In this document: positions 59,870 through 64,000 of the stretch, one piece after another
Numbering within the stretch: position 1 is the first letter of the stretch
How the letters are laid out: every line of letters starts with the position of its first letter
Assembly (NCBI GenBank): GCA_963701855.1
Contig: CAVPBK010000006.1
Location: forward strand, 864,001 to 928,000
Direction: 5' to 3'
DNA: 64,000 nucleotides
Origin: Nitrospirota bacterium
GTDB taxonomy: Bacteria > Nitrospirota > Nitrospiria > Nitrospirales > Nitrospiraceae
Program-made: the position numbers and the translations under genes
The notes under the pieces: model-generated
Seen by the model: the letters and a program-made list of their open reading frames with translations, nothing else
Database searches by the model: none
Told to the model about the DNA's origin: nothing

Positions 59870-62371
59870 ATGGCTACGAAGAAAAATGAATCGGAAAAGA
59901 TTGAGACATCTTCATCAGCAGGCGGGTCAGCCGAAAACTTTGAAAAGCTGGGCGTCTTTTATCTCGGCCGGCCGTACAATCTCGTAACCAAGCAAGCGAA
60001 GCCAGGCTGGCTGCTCTACGATTCTAAAGACCTCGTCACTCATGCCGTCTGCGTCGGCATGACCGGCAGCGGTAAGACTGGCCTCTGCATTGGGCTGCTC
60101 GAAGAGGCGGCGATTGATGGGATCCCTGCGCTGATCATTGATCCCAAGGGGGATCTTGCCAATCTGATGCTGAACTTTCCGCAGTTGCGGGGGGAAGATT
60201 TTGCGCCGTGGGTCAATGAGGATGATGCCCGCAAGAAGGGACTCTCGCCTGCTGACTATGCAACACAGCAAGCCGAGATGTGGAAGAAAGGCTTGGGGGA
60301 TTGGGGACAGAGCGGCGAGCGGATTCAGAAGCTCCATGATGCCGCCGATGTCGTCGTCTATACGCCTGGCAGCAACGCAGGCATTCCGGTCTCTATCCTC
60401 AAATCCTTTTCGGCACCGTCGCAGGAAATTCTGGACGATTCAGAGATGCTACGCGAGCGGATCGGCACGACGGTGACAAGCCTGTTGGGTTTCGTCGGCG
60501 TCGAGGCCGATCCAATCAAGAGTCGCGAACATATTTTTCTCTCGACCATTCTGGATCGCACCTGGAAAGCTGGACAGGATCTCGATCTTGCGACGTTGAT
60601 CCAGCAGATCCAGACACCGCCGGTTGCCAAGATTGGCGTGCTGGATCTGGATTCATTCTATCCCTCGAAGGAACGCTTTGCCCTTGCCATGCAGTTAAAT
60701 AACTTATTAGCTTCACCGGGATTTTCCGACTGGTTAGAAGGCGAAGCCCTTGATGTCGGCCAGATGCTCCATTCGCCAGGAGGGAAACCGCGGCTCGCCA
60801 TTTTCTCGATCGCGCACCTCAACGATGCCGAGCGGATGTTCTTTGTCACGTTGCTGTTAAGCCAAACGCTCGGCTGGGTAAGAGCACAGTCCGGTACGAC
60901 CAGCCTCCGCGCCATCCTCTACATGGACGAGATCTTCGGTTATTTCCCGCCGGTCGCCAATCCGCCGTCGAAGCAGCCGTTACTGACGTTACTCAAGCAG
61001 TCCCGCGCGTTCGGTTTGGGCGTGGTGTTGGCGACACAGAACCCCGTTGATCTGGATTACAAAGGCTTAGCGAATACCGGTACCTGGTTCATTGGACGAC
61101 TGCAAACCGAACGAGACAAGGCTCGCGTGTTGGAAGGACTGGAAGGCGCATCGGCAAATTCTGGTAAGAAGTTCGATAAACAGGGGATGGAACAGCTTCT
61201 CGCTGGCCTCGGTAATCGTGTCTTTCTCATGAACAATGTCCACGAGGATGCGCCGGAAGTTTTTCAGACAAGGTGGACGCTGTCCTACCTTCGAGGGCCA
61301 CTGACGCGGTCGCAGATCAAGACGCTGGTGGACCCAGTGAAGCGTGAAACGTTAAGCGTGAAACGTGAAACGTCTGCCACCTCTCGCTCAGCACTCAGCA
61401 CTCAGTCCTCAGCACTACAAGCTCGTCCCATGCTCCCCCCCGATGTGCCACAGCATTTTATCCCCGTCCAAGGAAGCCAACCGAACGGCACTGCCTTGAT
61501 CTATCAGCCGATGTTGCTCGGAGCTTCGCAGGTGCGCGTATCAGACAACAAGGCCGGCGTCGATGTGACGCAGGATGTGACCGTGCTTGCGCCGATCTCG
61601 GAGGGTGCGGTGGCGGTGGACTGGGATCGTGCCATGGAAGCGGACTTGGCCGTGGCTGATCTGGAGTCAACGCCCTCAGACGGTGCGCAGTTCGGCGTAG
61701 TTCCCGGCACGGCAAGCAAGGCAAAAAGTTATGAGATATGGAACAAAGACTTTTCTGGTTGGTTGTTCAGAAATCAGAAAGTCGATCTCTTCAAGAGCCC
61801 CAGCACGAAAGAAGTCTCGAAACCTGGCGAGTCAGAGAGGGACTTCCGTGTGCGGTTGCAACAAACCGGACGTGAAGCCAGGGACAAACAATCGGACAGG
61901 CTGCGTCAAAAGTACGCGCCGAAGATTACCGCCTTGCAAGACCGGATCAGGCGAGCCGGGCAAATGGTCGAGCGGCAGCAAGCAGAGTCTCGATCGAGTC
62001 AAATGCAGATGGCCATTTCGGTTGGTGCTTCAATTCTAGGGGCGTTTCTCGGAAGAAAAACTGTCAGCGTCGCAAACATCGGCCGGGCAACAACGGCGAT
62101 TCGTGGAGCTGGGCGTGCAATCAAAGAATCGAAAGACGTGGGGCAAGCCGAAGAAAACGTCTCGGCGCTGCAGCAACAATTGATCGACCTCGAAGCACAG
62201 TTCAAAACGGAAACTGATGTGCTGGCCGCCGCAACCGATCCCCTCAACGAGAGATTCGAAACCATTTCTCTCAAACCTACCAAAGCCAACATCGCGGTGA
62301 AACTTGTGGCCCTCGCCTGGACGCCGCACTGGCAGAACGCAAAGGGTGTATTGGCTCCGGCCTGGCAATAG
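59870..62371 (+). CDS. HerA/FtsK-superfamily ATPase (DUF87-like) with C-terminal coiled coil
   Basis: HAVCVGMTGSGKT (Walker A), IIDPKGD, LYMDE (Walker B) and RAFGLGVVLATQNP. Confidence 0.88.
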   Translation: MATKKNESEKIETSSSAGGSAENFEKLGVFYLGRPYNLVTKQAKPGWLLYDSKDLVTHAVCVGMTGSGKTGLCIGLLEEAAIDGIPALIIDPKGDLANLMLNFPQLRGEDFAPWVNEDDARKKGLSPADYATQQAEMWKKGLGDWGQSGERIQKLHDAADVVVYTPGSNAGIPVSILKSFSAPSQEILDDSEMLRERIGTTVTSLLGFVGVEADPIKSREHIFLSTILDRTWKAGQDLDLATLIQQIQTPPVAKIGVLDLDSFYPSKERFALAMQLNNLLASPGFSDWLEGEALDVGQMLHSPGGKPRLAIFSIAHLNDAERMFFVTLLLSQTLGWVRAQSGTTSLRAILYMDEIFGYFPPVANPPSKQPLLTLLKQSRAFGLGVVLATQNPVDLDYKGLANTGTWFIGRLQTERDKARVLEGLEGASANSGKKFDKQGMEQLLAGLGNRVFLMNNVHEDAPEVFQTRWTLSYLRGPLTRSQIKTLVDPVKRETLSVKRETSATSRSALSTQSSALQARPMLPPDVPQHFIPVQGSQPNGTALIYQPMLLGASQVRVSDNKAGVDVTQDVTVLAPISEGAVAVDWDRAMEADLAVADLESTPSDGAQFGVVPGTASKAKSYEIWNKDFSGWLFRNQKVDLFKSPSTKEVSKPGESERDFRVRLQQTGREARDKQSDRLRQKYAPKITALQDRIRRAGQMVERQQAESRSSQMQMAISVGASILGAFLGRKTVSVANIGRATTAIRGAGRAIKESKDVGQAEENVSALQQQLIDLEAQFKTETDVLAAATDPLNERFETISLKPTKANIAVKLVALAWTPHWQNAKGVLAPAWQ
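61337..61416 (+). repeat. Heptamer tandem repeats inside the ATPase linker
   Basis: About five (G/A)CGTGAA-like units, then CTCAGCA/CTCAGTC x4. Confidence 0.7.
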
Positions 62372-62393
62372 AACCGAGTCGTGCGCGCTCGGA

Positions 62394-63512
62394 TTAACCC
62401 AAAAACCTCGACATCGCGGCGCGACCAGCTTCGATCAAGGCAGTCATCCGCTCTTCGCTCATGCCGAATTCCGTCGTCCCGTAGCCCCTCGCCGGCAGCC
62501 GACACACCTCACGACTATGCGCGTCGATGATACGCTGATCGAACGAACCCGTCATTGTATCCACTAGACGTGTGATGCGTTGAATGGTCCGGAGGCGTTT
62601 TGTGTGGGAAAGGAGGTCAGCCTTCAGGCTGTCGTCGGCTTTCGGCGTTGCCGGCTGGCCGGCGTTGGGCACCAGTAGCGTTTCATCGATCAACAAACCA
62701 AGATTGGGCGCACCGGCAGGGTCGGTATTTCCCATTACCGCGACGACATCCGGATCACTTGAGCTCAGTAGCCGGAGTGGAAAATTGGAGAGGACTCCGC
62801 CGTCGACAATGGCATGTCCGTCGAGCGTTTTCCCTTGATAGGTGCCCCAAGTTTGGTTCCAGCATACCTCCTGCCAGACGAAGGGAATGCTCATCGACAT
62901 GCGGACACCCCAGGCCACCGGGCATTGCGGGGCGGTGCGATGATTGAGCACGAGCATCTGCTGGCCGGCCGTATCGGTAGCCACCAGCGAGAGATCGCTG
63001 CCGGTTTTCTGGTTGAATTCGGTGAACGTGGCAGTGGCCAGCTTGTGAGGGCTCGCATCGAGCTTTTCGCGAATCCAGGCCAGAAAGGCGTCGCCGGCGT
63101 AGAGACCTCCACGCTCGACGAACGAAAACAATTCTCGATAGACAGGCATGTGCATCAATTGAGAAACCAACGACTTATCGATTTGGTGCTCGCCCCAGGC
63201 AGGGACGAGAGGCAGGTCCACGCGATTGAAGATTTCCTGCGTGAGACTCTTCTCAATGTCTGCAGGCAAGAATTCTTCCGCAATATCCATGAACGTTGAA
63301 AACCGAGGCTTCCCAGCGGCGGTTTTCTCCTTGGTGACCGCCAGCATCTCCGCTGACGTGTATCCTGCCGCCATCAGCGTTGCCGTGATTGCCCCCGCCG
63401 AGGTGCCAAGATACCGCCTGGCCGTATGACCGCGCCGTTCAAATTCCTGGATCGCTCCGACAAATACAGCGCCCTTCGCGCCGCCGCCTTCAAAAACGAG
63501 ATCGTATTGCAT
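62394..63512 (-). CDS. Patatin-like phospholipase
   Basis: EGGGAKG, GTSAG (catalytic Ser) and VDGG (catalytic Asp). Confidence 0.92.
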   Translation of the reverse strand: MQYDLVFEGGGAKGAVFVGAIQEFERRGHTARRYLGTSAGAITATLMAAGYTSAEMLAVTKEKTAAGKPRFSTFMDIAEEFLPADIEKSLTQEIFNRVDLPLVPAWGEHQIDKSLVSQLMHMPVYRELFSFVERGGLYAGDAFLAWIREKLDASPHKLATATFTEFNQKTGSDLSLVATDTAGQQMLVLNHRTAPQCPVAWGVRMSMSIPFVWQEVCWNQTWGTYQGKTLDGHAIVDGGVLSNFPLRLLSSSDPDVVAVMGNTDPAGAPNLGLLIDETLLVPNAGQPATPKADDSLKADLLSHTKRLRTIQRITRLVDTMTGSFDQRIIDAHSREVCRLPARGYGTTEFGMSEERMTALIEAGRAAMSRFLG

Positions 63513-63545
63513 TGTAGCCCCCTAACCAGGACGCGAGAGCGTCAG

Positions 63546-63746
63546 TTATATGCCACCGCGTATGTTTCGTGTCGGTTCAAGCGAGGTCCAGACTTTCTTA
63601 GAGCAGTTTTGTTGTATCTTCAAGGCGGCCTCACTACTTCTGAGTTGTGAGGCCGCAATCTCTCTACTTGCACAGTGGACCAGCGGTAGGTATGCCTTGG
63701 CGATGGTTTTCTCGACGACCACGCTCACTAGCGACCTCGCGTCCAT
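63546..63746 (-). CDS. Small hypothetical protein
   Basis: 66-aa ORF with SD AAGGAG, upstream of patatin. Confidence 0.4.
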   Translation of the reverse strand: MDARSLVSVVVEKTIAKAYLPLVHCASREIAASQLRSSEAALKIQQNCSKKVWTSLEPTRNIRGGI

Positions 63747-63802
63747 TTTAACTCCTTGATCGTGGCGGCTTCAGAGAATATTCCTCCTTGCGACAGAGTT
63801 GC

Positions 63803-64000
63803 TTATGGAATCGGGACAGATCCGGTCGCAACCGATGCAAATCCTGGCTCATTCAGGTCACGCTCAGAGAGAGTCGGTTGACCCCTAATGACCTGGTAGT
63901 AGCAGAACCCTTCGTGCTCGACGAGTTTTTTCGCCATCACCCCTGCGGCTGTTTCGAGCGTGGCGGCAAGCGTCTCGTTCTGGCTACCGAAGACACTTCC
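63803..64000 (-). CDS. 3' end of a gene entering from beyond the right edge
   Basis: Open frame ...AATLETAAGVMAKKLVEHEGFCYYQ...PIP* to TAA at 63803. Confidence 0.4.
   Translation of the reverse strand, partial: GSVFGSQNETLAATLETAAGVMAKKLVEHEGFCYYQVIRGQPTLSERDLNEPGFASVATGSVPIP

Noticed and set aside
1..64000. Assignment as comammox versus canonical Nitrospira
   Set aside because: No amo or hao genes in the window; cannot be decided from this sequence

Overview
This is a chromosomal window from a nitrite-oxidising Nitrospira-type bacterium, inferred from a Tat-exported periplasmic-type NxrA plus NxrB at 32.8-37.6 kb. It opens at the edge of an integrative element: a tyrosine integrase converging on the 3' end of tRNA-Glu. 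Housekeeping genes follow, including glnS, gltX with two tRNA-Gln, a complete isc Fe-S cluster with a divergent ferredoxin, arfB, fabI, mug, nudF, gcvT and an FKBP PPIase. Next come nxrAB with a sigma54/IHF-type promoter, tRNA-Gly, and a MoxR/DUF58/transglutaminase triad. A minus-strand block encodes a UbiE-type methylase, a cobalamin radical SAM enzyme, a large USP/PCP_red/rubredoxin fusion, a radical SAM/SPASM-PCP_red enzyme and a CopD-like membrane protein; this is the best candidate for an uncharacterised system. The window ends with a short UvrA lacking its insertion domain and an accessory tail (HEPN-like protein, DMT pseudogene, HerA-like ATPase, patatin). Intergenic DNA carries a modular MITE-like repeat family that often abuts TAG stop codons, plus heptamer tandem repeats. 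No rRNA or CRISPR array was seen. All calls are by motif recognition only; no database searches were run.
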